Source: a virus
IMG/VR virus record: IMGVR_UViG_3300033402_000312
Length of the DNA: 64,000 nt
Strand: one strand, 5' to 3'
Below, in pieces: positions 44,163 to 54,115 of the stretch (position 1 is the first letter of the stretch; each line of letters starts with the position of its first letter). The notes below the pieces were generated by a model. It saw nothing but the letters and a program-made list of their open reading frames with translations, had not been told where the DNA came from and ran no database searches. Both the position numbers and the translations under genes were made by a program.

Positions 44163-44678
44163 GTGCCCTCGGCGGGCTTCGGCTTGTATCTCAACCAAGG
44201 ATACAAGCCAATGGCATCCGAGAACTACCTGAAGTACCGCCAAAATTTTCCCCAAAACAACACGTTCACCGGCATTCGCGGGGCACCTGAAACCGAATTT
44301 TCCAATTTTTTCGTCCAAGGCATGGCTAACCGCATGGCGGTCAGCTATCATAAATACGGGCCCGTGTCTGAGGCTTACCCCGAGAAAGTGGATGCTATCG
44401 AGAGCCTCAAAACCCGGCTCAAGCTGTACTTGGAAGGCGGCGAGATCAAGGGGCAGAAGATCGCGCCAGGCAACACTGAGTACCTAATAGACGCGGCGAA
44501 CTTCGCTATGATCGAGTTTATGCACCCAAAGCACCCTAAGGCATTCTTCAAGGTTACCGACAGCGACGGCTCACCAGGTCGAGTCTGGAATGATGGAAAC
44601 ATCTCCGAGGCCGGACACGGGAAAAGGCAAGCCGAAGTGGCGGTGCAGAACTTTTATTCCAAGCGAGGGCAGGAATGA
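44163..44678 (+). CDS. hypothetical protein
   Basis: 171-aa ORF (start may be 44211). Confidence 0.45.
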   Translation: MPSAGFGLYLNQGYKPMASENYLKYRQNFPQNNTFTGIRGAPETEFSNFFVQGMANRMAVSYHKYGPVSEAYPEKVDAIESLKTRLKLYLEGGEIKGQKIAPGNTEYLIDAANFAMIEFMHPKHPKAFFKVTDSDGSPGRVWNDGNISEAGHGKRQAEVAVQNFYSKRGQE

Positions 44679-45238
44679 AAACGCCCATCGACCAGCAGGC
44701 AATCATCCTTTCAATGGCGGACTGCTTCACCCGCGACGAGAAAGCGGTCTATTGCAGCAGCGAGCTTACCACAGGCATCCGCCTGTACACTGCCTGCTTG
44801 GACAATGGTGTCACTGACCGCTACGCCCTGGCGGACAAGCTGGGCAAGAACTGGCTGCGGGACAATGTTTTCAAAGTGAATGAGGAAGCTGCCGACAGGT
44901 TCGCTGACGAAATTCAACGGAAGCGCCAGCACATCACCATCTCACCTGCCGCCCTGTTCGTTCCTGAATGGGGACAGCATAACTATCTATCGTTTTGGGA
45001 TAAGCTCATCAAAACGCGCATCACCGAGGTTCACTTCAACGAGAACTGGCAATACAGCAACGGCTGCGCGTTTGAATACGCAGCGGCGAGGCAAGCCGGT
45101 TTGGCAGCCTACGATCATGATGGGCAAGCGCTAGACACGGCGAAAGCTTCGCAAATGATCCGCCAAGCGATTGACTTCCTCGCGGCTAAAGGGATCAACA
45201 CCCGCAAGCTTGAGGAACACCGCAACCAAATCAAGTAA
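44675..45238 (+). CDS. hypothetical protein
   Basis: 187-aa ORF, ATGA overlap. Confidence 0.45.
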   Translation: MKTPIDQQAIILSMADCFTRDEKAVYCSSELTTGIRLYTACLDNGVTDRYALADKLGKNWLRDNVFKVNEEAADRFADEIQRKRQHITISPAALFVPEWGQHNYLSFWDKLIKTRITEVHFNENWQYSNGCAFEYAAARQAGLAAYDHDGQALDTAKASQMIRQAIDFLAAKGINTRKLEEHRNQIK

Positions 45239-45452
45239 GGCCGACTGGGTACCCTTAGGTTTCGGGGTACCTTTATTCCTGTTCAACACCACCATGCACT
45301 TCCAGCGTTTTTGGCTGGGGGATTTTCTGACAGGCGTATTTTCCCCACAAATAGAGCATTTTCCTACTCTGCTAGTTTCGTTCACATCGGAGATTTCGTG
45401 ATGTTCCATGCTTGTATTGTATCAGAAAGGGTACCCGCAGTATTAGGGTACC

Positions 45453-46769
45453 ATGGTTTTAGAGTACGGGTCTGTCGAAAAGCTCCAAGGCATGAATTGG
45501 CACATGTTGGAGCTGCGGTCGGAGAAAACCATAGAAAGCACCATGCGCCGGGTGGGAAAGCAGATTCCCGGCATCTTCCGGCACGACCCCATTGAGATTT
45601 TCATTCCTGTTGTTAAGCGTGACCTCGATGTGTTTGAGCTTAGCACCGGCCCTTATGTTTTTGTGCGCAGCAGCAACTTTTCAGCCTTGCTTAGGTTGAA
45701 GTCGATCACCGGATGCGTTTCGTTGGTCACAGAGGGGGACACCAACCGGCCCAACAAGGTGATTTCCGTGGAAGACTCCTATGTTCAAAGCCTGATCCAA
45801 CAAGCCGAGGAGGGGCACAGAAAAAGTGCTGTTGGCATAGAAGTCGGAAGTTTTGTCCGTATTCTGAATGGGGAAACCAGGGACTTTTGCGGGCATGTAG
45901 AAATACTGGGCGACGGCAAGGCGGTGGTCCGCATTACGCTTCGCACCAAATCAATCCTGCTCGAAACTCCCGTGCGGAACCTCCTGAACCTTTCCCACAC
46001 CCCCAAGGAGCAGCGCGTCTATTACTACAGTCCGCTTGTCAATGATCTGTTCCACGACAATCCCGAGACCGCGACGGCGATGGTGGAGGAAGATTTGCAC
46101 CTTGACGAGGCAATCCCGGTGCCGGAGCAGGCTGAGCCGCAACCGATTGAGGGACTGAAAAAGCATTCGCGCCAGCGCACCGTCACCGCGCTGGTCAAAA
46201 AGCTTATCTTGATCGAGAGGATGCATACCCCTCTGGAGATCGCGAAAGAAGTCGTCCATGCATTGCACGGCAAGGAGATTAAAGCCCCGAAGAACCTGTT
46301 CATCGTTTACTGCATTATCAAAGACCGCCTGCGGCAGGACTATTTCAACAGAATCGACCCGAGCCTTTCTAACTACCGTGAAATCATCAAGAAATACGGA
46401 AAGGAATACAAGTTCAGCGCCCAGCAGATCGCCAAGATCGACCCCAACCTTGACATCCCCGTGCAGACCATAGAGGTGTGCAAGGATGGTCGTAGCCGTG
46501 AGGCTCGTCAAAAGTCCCAGACAAAAATTCAGCCATCATCGGAGGTTAAGAAGCTGGCAGCGAAGGGCAAGCCAGAAAAGGGCAGAAAGAAAAAGACCCC
46601 CTGCGACCGATGTGGGGAATGCTTCCATGAACGCAAGCAGCACAGGCTGTCCCCGAAAGGCGCATGGATGCGCTGCACGGGGGTCTCAAACCGAGCGATT
46701 CATTCGTGGATCAAGGAAAAAACCGACGCCCCGTGTTGGTGCAAGCGTTTCAAAGAGAAGGAAAAATAG
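45453..46769 (+). CDS. NusG/Spt5-like protein (NGN + KOW) with Lys-rich Zn-binding C-terminal extension
   Basis: KOW-like GSFVRILNGETRDFCGHVEILGDGKAVVRI; N-terminal NGN-like pattern; C-terminal CDRCGEC...CTG; lower-GC region. Confidence 0.5.
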   Translation: MVLEYGSVEKLQGMNWHMLELRSEKTIESTMRRVGKQIPGIFRHDPIEIFIPVVKRDLDVFELSTGPYVFVRSSNFSALLRLKSITGCVSLVTEGDTNRPNKVISVEDSYVQSLIQQAEEGHRKSAVGIEVGSFVRILNGETRDFCGHVEILGDGKAVVRITLRTKSILLETPVRNLLNLSHTPKEQRVYYYSPLVNDLFHDNPETATAMVEEDLHLDEAIPVPEQAEPQPIEGLKKHSRQRTVTALVKKLILIERMHTPLEIAKEVVHALHGKEIKAPKNLFIVYCIIKDRLRQDYFNRIDPSLSNYREIIKKYGKEYKFSAQQIAKIDPNLDIPVQTIEVCKDGRSREARQKSQTKIQPSSEVKKLAAKGKPEKGRKKKTPCDRCGECFHERKQHRLSPKGAWMRCTGVSNRAIHSWIKEKTDAPCWCKRFKEKEK

Positions 46770-46841
46770 GGCTTTCTAGCCCTAGAGCAGTAATGTGCAT
46801 TGTGCCAGCAATCTTGGTATTAAATCAACGGAGGAAGGAAA

Positions 46842-47171
46842 ATGAAGGTAATTTTTTTGCTGGATAACTCGGAATACGTCGAGGTCGCGCCGGACAAGCT
46901 GCAAATCAGGCAGATTCAGCCGGGTCAGTCCGCCCTTGGCATGGAGGTCACGGTGCCCGTCCGCAAGGAGGACGGCACGCCTGACAAGAACGAGGACGGC
47001 AGCCCCAAGACGCAGACCGGATTCCGCCCGTTCATAAATTACGCGGTCAATCTGTCAGTCCCTGCGCCTGTTGCGGCAGCACCAGCACCGGCAGCGGCTC
47101 AAGCGCAGGAGCAGCCCACCGCTGAGAAGCCCAAAGGCAAGGCCAGGGCCGCAAAGCGCCGCGTAAACTGA
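46842..47171 (+). CDS. hypothetical protein
   Basis: RBS GGAGGAAGG; 109 aa with Ala/Pro tail. Confidence 0.45.
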   Translation: MKVIFLLDNSEYVEVAPDKLQIRQIQPGQSALGMEVTVPVRKEDGTPDKNEDGSPKTQTGFRPFINYAVNLSVPAPVAAAPAPAAAQAQEQPTAEKPKGKARAAKRRVN

Positions 47172-47182
47172 TCGGGGGCTAA

Positions 47183-47416
47183 GTGCTTAACGAGACGTGT
47201 TGGCACAAAACCTTCTCGAACGGCCGTGTGGTTCTCGTTGAGTGGCATGATACAGCATGCCGGTGCTCATACTGCACCGACTTGTGTGGCTCAGGGACGC
47301 GGCTGCGCAACGGCTTTAACGCCCCAGATTTGAGGGTTTGGAATTCGTGGCGTGTCGTGAAGCTGGGGCGCTTGTACGTCCGCTGGACTGGGAAAAGTCT
47401 GCAAAGCGCTGCATAA
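47183..47416 (+). CDS. hypothetical protein
   Basis: 77-aa ORF. Confidence 0.3.
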   Translation: MLNETCWHKTFSNGRVVLVEWHDTACRCSYCTDLCGSGTRLRNGFNAPDLRVWNSWRVVKLGRLYVRWTGKSLQSAA

Positions 47417-47512
47417 ATTGGTTGAAGGCTAAGTGCTTGTAGCCTATGCACTTGACCCTCAACTGGGGTGGATGTTGCGCTACGTGCTTCTATACCGAAA
47501 CGGGAAAACTGA

Positions 47513-48142
47513 TTGAGGTTGCCTATGAAATTGACCAAAAGTTCCGTCCATCGTTTGCAGCTTAACAAAGACTGCGGTTGCCGGGCGATCAAAGAGTTCG
47601 AAGACGCACGTTACACAAAAGCTTTAGGGGAAGGCACGGTTGTCCTTTGTGAAAAGCACAACGCCAAAGCCAAGGACACTAAAGAAATACTTAGCGAAAT
47701 GCTCTTAGAGACGCTGGATTTACAGGCCGAGGCGGCGGGCAAGACGGCTGTTGTCCAACGCGAATTCGCACCCACGTCCTTGTCCGGCGTCACGGGGGAG
47801 CAGATCACTTCCATGGGCGCTCCCGCCGTCCCCAAGACCCGCGAGAAGTGCGACCCCCTTGCGGTCCGCACAGTGGCTTTTGAACGACCGGACATGCACC
47901 GTCCCCGCAACACAAGCCCCACGGGAAACCTGAACCTTGCCCAGCACGAGGACATTTCCGATGAGGAATTGCAGGAGCAAGGCATTACCATCACCGGGGA
48001 CATTGACAGTGTTCCGCCAGACCCAAGGGTTGATGCGGCACTGGGCGATGGTCTCAAGGAACTTGAAAACGTTTTCGACGACGAGGACGCCAAAGCTGGC
48101 GGCGTGGATCGAAAATTGGTCAATATCCAAGCTGTAGATTAA
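47513..48142 (+). CDS. hypothetical protein
   Basis: 209-aa ORF. Confidence 0.45.
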   Translation: MRLPMKLTKSSVHRLQLNKDCGCRAIKEFEDARYTKALGEGTVVLCEKHNAKAKDTKEILSEMLLETLDLQAEAAGKTAVVQREFAPTSLSGVTGEQITSMGAPAVPKTREKCDPLAVRTVAFERPDMHRPRNTSPTGNLNLAQHEDISDEELQEQGITITGDIDSVPPDPRVDAALGDGLKELENVFDDEDAKAGGVDRKLVNIQAVD

Positions 48143-48447
48143 ACCGCTCTTCCCACCCGGAATTGACAAAGCTCTGCGCCTTTGCTAGCGTTGGGTCAGG
48201 GATTGTCATGAAGAATTATTACCGTGGAGTTGAAATCACCAACCAACGCGGTACAACGATCAACAGCATTACGGCGGTTGTGTCATGGATAACGGGGATC
48301 GCTTTGAAAGGGATCACATCAACCTCCACATGGATGTTTGGAATGTCTTCCCCAAGCATGGCGTAAGCGTGGGGGGTATCTGGCGTTGGTCCGACCGGGC
48401 TTGGGAAGGGGGAAAACAAACCAAGCCAAAAATAAGCGAGGCACACT

Positions 48448-48813
48448 GTGTCAGCCGACAGGAAGACGCCGAAAATTCTGAACGCGCACGCGAAGAAGAG
48501 AGCCGGGGAGAGGTACGGCCTTAACCTCAACAAGGAAGCCCGGCACGAGATCGTGCAGATGATACAGACGAACCAAGCGGAGTTCGTCGGGAAGCAGTCC
48601 AACAACCGCTCATTTTGGCGCGTCACCTACCAAGATCAGCCGCTCAACGTCGTCTACGACAAGGCGCGGAGCACTTTATGCACGGTGCTGCCGAAGGAAG
48701 CCGCCGAATTCCAGCCGGGGGTTGGCCGGAACGAGCCGGAGACCAAGGCGTTGTCGCAAACCCGCGCAAACATAACAGCCGAATTGTCGGAACTGTGGAA
48801 GGACATCGAATAG
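48448..48813 (+). CDS. hypothetical protein
   Basis: 121-aa ORF. Confidence 0.4.
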   Translation: MSADRKTPKILNAHAKKRAGERYGLNLNKEARHEIVQMIQTNQAEFVGKQSNNRSFWRVTYQDQPLNVVYDKARSTLCTVLPKEAAEFQPGVGRNEPETKALSQTRANITAELSELWKDIE

Positions 48814-48814
48814 G

Positions 48815-49309
48815 CTACCTTTCGACTTCGATGTTGTGGGCTGTGCCGTAGATGTGGGAGCTTATAGCAGCAGCCTGCGGCAACCACCAGATGTGTCTGA
48901 TCCAAGTGCGGGAGCGGTGCATTTTCTCCCCTAGCCAATAGGTTCCGAGAACCTCCGCTGCTCCCCACGGAGCCATGCTTACCAAAGTTGGGCGACGCCC
49001 GATGAAAGCCCGCATCACAGGATTGGCTTCGTATCCGCCTTCCTTGATGATTTTCTCCGTCATGATGCCGTCGCTGACTGCGGTTCCCGCATCGACCGCA
49101 GCTAGCGCCGACGCTTCCCTATCCTTGAAGGTGCCCATGTCTCTCGCCGTGCGGGCGATGGACACGAAAGGGTATCCGGCTGCGTGCAGGATTGCGTTGG
49201 GCTGCGGCTTGGGCGCATCAGGCAAATCCTGCTTGGATGGCGTATCCTGCGCCAATGCCGGAATTGCGAGCAGCAAAGTGAAAACGAGAAGAAATTTCGC
49301 GGTGGACAA
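48815..49309 (-). CDS. secreted protein (signal peptide)
   Basis: MSTAKFLLVFTLLLAIPALAQ signal peptide; 164 aa. Confidence 0.5.
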   Translation of the reverse strand: MSTAKFLLVFTLLLAIPALAQDTPSKQDLPDAPKPQPNAILHAAGYPFVSIARTARDMGTFKDREASALAAVDAGTAVSDGIMTEKIIKEGGYEANPVMRAFIGRRPTLVSMAPWGAAEVLGTYWLGEKMHRSRTWIRHIWWLPQAAAISSHIYGTAHNIEVER

Positions 49310-49347
49310 AGAACCTCCAGTGATTAGTACTCACTGGAGGGAAAAAT

Positions 49348-49563
49348 TCACTGGAGAGGGATTAGATTAGGTCGTTCCTGTTTCCTAGCCCACTCCTGAC
49401 AGTACGAACACCACTCGCCTTTCTTCACGACATTGTTCAGGCACCGCGCCGGGAAAAATCTCGGGCTAGCGCACCGCTGGCGGCGGGGTCTGCGTCGCCC
49501 GGCGTTGTAGGGCTTCTTAGGAGTCGTAATTTTCTTCCTCTTCCGGTTCGAAGGTTTCTTCAT
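49348..49563 (-). CDS. small basic protein
   Basis: 71 aa, Lys/Arg-rich. Confidence 0.3.
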   Translation of the reverse strand: MKKPSNRKRKKITTPKKPYNAGRRRPRRQRCASPRFFPARCLNNVVKKGEWCSYCQEWARKQERPNLIPLQ

Positions 49564-49855
49564 TGGCGACTTTGTTGTGCTCCAAGACAGAGCATACTTC
49601 TCGCTCCTCGAAGCGGTTGACGATGTCCAGCAAAATCGCTGTGCGCCGGGAATCCCCGACTATCCATCGGTAGATTAGCCCGGCAAGAACCAAAGCCAAA
49701 GCGAAGTCGGCGAGGGTTGCGTATTCCGTATGCCGTGCGTCGATGCCGACCAGCCGGGGGACGTAGCCCTCAGGCACGGCAAGAACGCATCCCACCAGCC
49801 AAACCGTGAGGAGCCTCGGGTAACGCTGGACGTTCATTATGAATCGTGTGAACAT
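49517..49855 (-). CDS. membrane protein
   Basis: ATG at 49855 shares one base with upstream TAA (TAATG); two hydrophobic helices. Confidence 0.4.
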   Translation of the reverse strand: MFTRFIMNVQRYPRLLTVWLVGCVLAVPEGYVPRLVGIDARHTEYATLADFALALVLAGLIYRWIVGDSRRTAILLDIVNRFEEREVCSVLEHNKVANEETFEPEEEENYDS

Positions 49856-50151
49856 TAGTTGCCTCCTATGTATTGCTGGAGCGCCCTGTCGATCTGGTTC
49901 CAGTTGATGTCGTTGGCAATCCTCTTCACTAAGAAGCCGCCCGGCGCGTCGAGTTCGCTCAAGTTCCAACCACTAATCCACTTTCCGCCCCGACCGTAGC
50001 GGTTGGCGTCAGCCCAAAAGTGGCGACCATCTAGCGTGAGGGTGCGTGCTTGCTTGCTGCCTCTCCACGGTTGCCAGTCGTAGATATGTTTCCTCGGACG
50101 GTTAACCACGTTGTTCCCTCTCGATCTCGATGCGGAACCTGTTGTAGGCAA
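49855..50151 (-). CDS. hypothetical protein
   Basis: 98-aa ORF. Confidence 0.45.
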   Translation of the reverse strand: MPTTGSASRSRGNNVVNRPRKHIYDWQPWRGSKQARTLTLDGRHFWADANRYGRGGKWISGWNLSELDAPGGFLVKRIANDINWNQIDRALQQYIGGN

Positions 50152-50983
50152 TGTTGAACGCAGCTTTCTCGTCCAGTTCGCCGTCTTGGTAGTAGTTCTC
50201 GGGGGCTTCGGCTTTGTACTCGGCGATGCGTGCGCGAATCATGGCGTCGAGTTCGCCGACATTCCGTGCCGCAACCGGAACAGTCGGGTTGATCTTGCTT
50301 TCCTGCTCGGAGAACCATTTCCAATCCTCGGCTGTGAAGCCAGCTTCCCCGGACAGGGCTAAAAATTTCGCGTCGCCAGCGTTGTCGTTCTGGTCGCGGA
50401 ATGCTTTCATTCGCATGAATTTGGTTTGCGCCGGGACGCCGTTGGCTTTCGGCTGGCGGGCGGAGCCATCGAAATTCAAGCCGCGCTGGGGTGCAACCGT
50501 GCCGGTGGCGGCTGCCAGGGGCACCGCAGCCATGCCGATTCTGCCGATGCACTCGGGGCCAAAGCCGGAGGCGATGGACTCGGGCACGGTCAGCTTGCGA
50601 CCGCAGCGACCGCACCTGCCTTCGTGCCAGACTTCGAAGCCGTTGATGCGGTTCGCGGCAAGCGAGTTCAGGACGTAGGTGAAGCCGAGAACGGAGGGGG
50701 CGTCCCTGCCGACGCGGGAGGACTTGGGAGTCCAGATGAACTGGTTGTTGCGCACGATGCCGATGTAGACGAAGCTGCGGGAGTTGTCGGGGCCGTTGAG
50801 CAGCTTCACGAACCACGTGGGCGCGGCGGCGGGGTCGCGCTTCTCGGCCCCGACGATCTTGTAGGTGTAGCGGTTGCCGCTCTTGAGGCTTCGAAAAGTG
50901 ACCGTCGCTTTCCCGGCGAGGATGAACGCCAAGGCTGCCTTGGGGTCTGCGATCTGTCCCTGCGTCATTGTCCGTTCCCCCAA
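50102..50983 (-). CDS. hypothetical protein
   Basis: 293-aa ORF (start possibly 50968); CGRCGRK zinc-ribbon-like pair. Confidence 0.55.
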   Translation of the reverse strand: MGERTMTQGQIADPKAALAFILAGKATVTFRSLKSGNRYTYKIVGAEKRDPAAAPTWFVKLLNGPDNSRSFVYIGIVRNNQFIWTPKSSRVGRDAPSVLGFTYVLNSLAANRINGFEVWHEGRCGRCGRKLTVPESIASGFGPECIGRIGMAAVPLAAATGTVAPQRGLNFDGSARQPKANGVPAQTKFMRMKAFRDQNDNAGDAKFLALSGEAGFTAEDWKWFSEQESKINPTVPVAARNVGELDAMIRARIAEYKAEAPENYYQDGELDEKAAFNIAYNRFRIEIEREQRG

Positions 50984-51339
50984 TTTTTAGGGGAGGGCAC
51001 GTGGCTCTCTGGCAAAATTCCTATCGGTCTCGTTGTGATGATGGCTGGCGTCAGCTTTTCGATCAGGCTCGCCGTGCTTGTGCCGTAGGCCAAGTCAGTG
51101 GACTTTCGCTCATGCTTCTTGCGGTTCACGGCTTTTTTGTGCATGACACCCATGCCGTAGCGGTAATCGCAAGTGGGGACGATCCTCCACCCCTTGTCGT
51201 TTATGAAGATCATGACCTCGCTAATGTGCTTGTGTATGAAAACGCGGGTGGGCGTGCTTTTGAAGCAATCGGACAGTATCTTGTTTTCTACCCAGCCACT
51301 ATCGGTAAGAACCTCTTCGACGGCGGGACGGTTGTACAT
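50965..51339 (-). CDS. hypothetical protein
   Basis: Internal ATG 51339 with RBS GGAGGG 5 nt upstream on the minus strand. Confidence 0.45.
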   Translation of the reverse strand: MYNRPAVEEVLTDSGWVENKILSDCFKSTPTRVFIHKHISEVMIFINDKGWRIVPTCDYRYGMGVMHKKAVNRKKHERKSTDLAYGTSTASLIEKLTPAIITTRPIGILPESHVPSPKNWGNGQ

Positions 51340-51451
51340 TGTTCCCTCCAACCGTAGTATACAGCGGGGCACCGGAAAACGTCCAGTTGCATGCCCATTG
51401 GTATCAACAAGTTAGGGCGATCCGAGTCGGTAAGGCGCATCTCGGCATCCT

Positions 51452-52180
51452 ATGAGTATGAGGTTTCTTGCAATCTTGCTGCTTTTGTGCGTGCCTTTCT
51501 CGGCGGCAGCCAGCGTGCGCGGGAAACAACACGGGAAGCGCAAGCACAAGCCCGTGGCGGACGACCGCGTGTTCATGGGCACGCCCGACAGCCTGATCCT
51601 CCAGAACGAGGCAATCGACGCGATGCGCCTGCCGCGCATCCGCGACGACAGGCAGCTTCGGTTGCTCGTCGCCGAGGGTGCGCTTGTTCCAGTCACGCGA
51701 AACCAGTATGTTGCGATTTCCTGCAAGCTGGAAGCCAAGCGCCGCTACGTCAAGCCGTTCGTCGATGAGTTCCTTCAGGAACTCGGGCGGGAATATTTTG
51801 CGCAGTTCGGCAAGCCGGTACAGGTCAACTCCGCTGTCCGAACGATGAGGACGCAGATGAAGCTGCTCCGCATAAACCGCAACGCTGCCCCGGATCACGG
51901 CGAGAAAGCGAGCGCACACCTCGCGGGCGTCGCGGTGGATTTGCAGCGCCGGGGCTTGACGCCGGAACAGATCAGATTCATCCAGCAGAGGCTCTTGCCC
52001 CTCGTACAGGCCAAAATGCTTATTGTTGAGGAGGAAATTAAGCAGCCCTGCTTTCATATCGTGGTGACCGGGAATTATTCGCTCTTGCTTCCGCCTGACT
52101 TGCCGTTGAACATGCAGCCGCTTGGTTCACAATTAACCCAACTGGAGACGTTGGATGGAAACAATCCAAGCTATCCCTGA
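51452..52180 (+). CDS. secreted M15-family-like peptidase (candidate cell-wall hydrolase)
   Basis: Signal peptide MSMRFLAILLLLCVPFSAAAS; SAHLAGVAVDL matches the S-x-H-x-x-G-x-A-x-D zinc-binding motif of VanY/M15 peptidases. Confidence 0.5.
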   Translation: MSMRFLAILLLLCVPFSAAASVRGKQHGKRKHKPVADDRVFMGTPDSLILQNEAIDAMRLPRIRDDRQLRLLVAEGALVPVTRNQYVAISCKLEAKRRYVKPFVDEFLQELGREYFAQFGKPVQVNSAVRTMRTQMKLLRINRNAAPDHGEKASAHLAGVAVDLQRRGLTPEQIRFIQQRLLPLVQAKMLIVEEEIKQPCFHIVVTGNYSLLLPPDLPLNMQPLGSQLTQLETLDGNNPSYP

Positions 52181-52607
52181 GGACCATGTCTGGTCGGGGG
52201 CGGAGATTCAGGAACTGCTCGACACCCGTGTCCGGTACCGAGACTGGAAATTTGTCGTGCAGGAGGAGTACGCGCAGCGCGACGGTGTCATGGACATCGA
52301 CCTCCACCTACGCGCCGAATGGACGGCACCGTGCAGCACAGCCGGGCAGCCGGAGAAGCAGCAATCCCGCTGGTGGCGGCTGTCGAAGCATATGCGCAAA
52401 AATGAGATCATCAACACCGCCTTTGCGTGCATCAAAATGGCAGAGGAGCACGAGATGCGGGAAGGCTTCAAGTACCTGCGCGAGGGCGTCTGGACGATGC
52501 CCTACAACAGCCACATCGACATGGACGAGCTTGCCGCCGCCTCGCTGCACTGCGACGTGCGCACCGACAGCCGCCCGGATGTGCCGAAAAACCAGAGGAG
52601 AGACTAG
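52155..52607 (+). CDS. hypothetical protein
   Basis: 150-aa ORF. Confidence 0.4.
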   Translation: METIQAIPEDHVWSGAEIQELLDTRVRYRDWKFVVQEEYAQRDGVMDIDLHLRAEWTAPCSTAGQPEKQQSRWWRLSKHMRKNEIINTAFACIKMAEEHEMREGFKYLREGVWTMPYNSHIDMDELAAASLHCDVRTDSRPDVPKNQRRD

Positions 52608-52723
52608 ACTGACATGCGGGCGGAATTCTTGCTATGGTGGGCGACACTTCAGGTGTGGGAGAGATGGGCAGTGGTAGTCATTATCGTCGGCATCGTTTTC
52701 ATTCTGACGAAGAGGAGAGACTG

Positions 52724-53182
52724 ATGCTGTTCACCCATAAGGAACAGGTAGCGTACGGCACGAAGCTTGTCGCCGTGGCCGGGAAATGGGCGGAAGCAAA
52801 GGGCTTCGAATTGAAAAAATCCGTATACGCCAAAACTTTCGCGGCGGCTGTTTCCGCCGTGCAGGACGGCGGGCCGGATATGCTCACCTTCGACGAGATG
52901 AGGGAGCTTATCAACAAGCTTGCGGAGGCGACACTTGCGCTGAGGATGGCCGAGCAGGTGTACGACATCCCCATCGCGGTGACTGTGCTGGACGGCAAGG
53001 TCTACGGCGCGTACACCGGCACTTGGCAACCTTATGAGCTTGCGACGTACGATCCGGCAGTCGCGGCGCTCGCGATAGAGATGGGGCTGTTCCAGCCGGA
53101 GCGCGACGGCGAGATCGGCGGCAAACCCGTGAAATGGTGGACGAACCGATACCGATATGCCGAGCTAGGAGGGGAAACATAA
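52724..53182 (+). CDS. hypothetical protein
   Basis: Internal ATG 52724 with RBS GAGGAG upstream. Confidence 0.4.
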   Translation: MLFTHKEQVAYGTKLVAVAGKWAEAKGFELKKSVYAKTFAAAVSAVQDGGPDMLTFDEMRELINKLAEATLALRMAEQVYDIPIAVTVLDGKVYGAYTGTWQPYELATYDPAVAALAIEMGLFQPERDGEIGGKPVKWWTNRYRYAELGGET

Positions 53183-53508
53183 TGAGCGGGTTTCGAGTCA
53201 GCTTTGAGTTCAGCGAATTTGTGACGTCTGCGCTGCTGATCACAGTCGCGGCATGCACGGTGGGCTACTTCTATACGCACCGAGCACCGACCGAGATCGT
53301 CAAGGAATCGACCGTGAAGGTGGAGACCCAGTATATCCCCACGCCAGAGGCAAAAGTCAGGGTCAACATCCACGTCGTGTACCCGAAGCCCGAGCCGAAG
53401 CCGAACGTCGAGCCGCTGCCCCAGCCGCAATCGCAGTTGCGACCCAAGCTCTGGGACAATGACACCCTGGCGGATTATTTCCAGCGGAATCCGTCTCACC
53501 TTTTCTAA
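53182..53508 (+). CDS. membrane-anchored protein (spanin/holin-like candidate)
   Basis: RBS AGGAGG; N-terminal TM helix then Pro/Lys/Glu-rich periplasmic region. Confidence 0.4.
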   Translation: MSGFRVSFEFSEFVTSALLITVAACTVGYFYTHRAPTEIVKESTVKVETQYIPTPEAKVRVNIHVVYPKPEPKPNVEPLPQPQSQLRPKLWDNDTLADYFQRNPSHLF

Positions 53509-53535
53509 CAGCCGAATCTTCCGCCTTCCCTTCCC

Positions 53536-53778
53536 TTGAGTAGGCAGGGGAGCGGCATGTCGTCCAGAACCATCCACCAGATCAACTCCGAGTGCGAGGT
53601 GCTCGTAGAGCGCATCAACAGAAACCGCGTACTCGTCCGCATTGTTGAAAAGGACCCCGAGTTGCCCAACCCGACTGACTTAGCCGTGGAAGGCGACCTT
53701 GCGCACATACTGAATGCCTTCTCTTCTTGCGCCCTAGTATTGTCCAATATCAATGAGTTTCTTGAGGAATCCAATTAG
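53536..53778 (+). CDS. hypothetical protein
   Basis: 80-aa ORF. Confidence 0.35.
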   Translation: MSRQGSGMSSRTIHQINSECEVLVERINRNRVLVRIVEKDPELPNPTDLAVEGDLAHILNAFSSCALVLSNINEFLEESN

Positions 53779-53802
53779 TGGGTAACACAACTCAAATCAT
53801 AC

Positions 53803-54084
53803 TTGAGAAGGCACCGTAAAAAACGAATGAGGCAGCCCAGCATCTACCGATGCTTCTACTGCGACCGAGCCTTAAGCCGCGCCAAAAAGACCCGCGATCA
53901 TTTACAGCCCAAAAGCAGGAACGGCAGCAGCCATTCCCACAACATCGTGGATTGCTGCCGCCAGTGCAACCTGCTCAAGGGCTGCTTGACTCTGGAGGAG
54001 TTCCGCGTGGTGATCGCGTACCGACGCGGGATCATAGACAACCCGAAATTCAAGTTTCCTGGCGAACTTAAACAGACTGGGTAG
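53803..54084 (+). CDS. HNH endonuclease (small)
   Basis: YRCFYCDRALS...DHLQPKSRNGSSHSHNIVDCCRQCNLLKG. Confidence 0.7.
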   Translation: MRRHRKKRMRQPSIYRCFYCDRALSRAKKTRDHLQPKSRNGSSHSHNIVDCCRQCNLLKGCLTLEEFRVVIAYRRGIIDNPKFKFPGELKQTG

Positions 54085-54115
54085 CTGGCGGCGAAGACTT
54101 GCTTACCGTGTTTCC

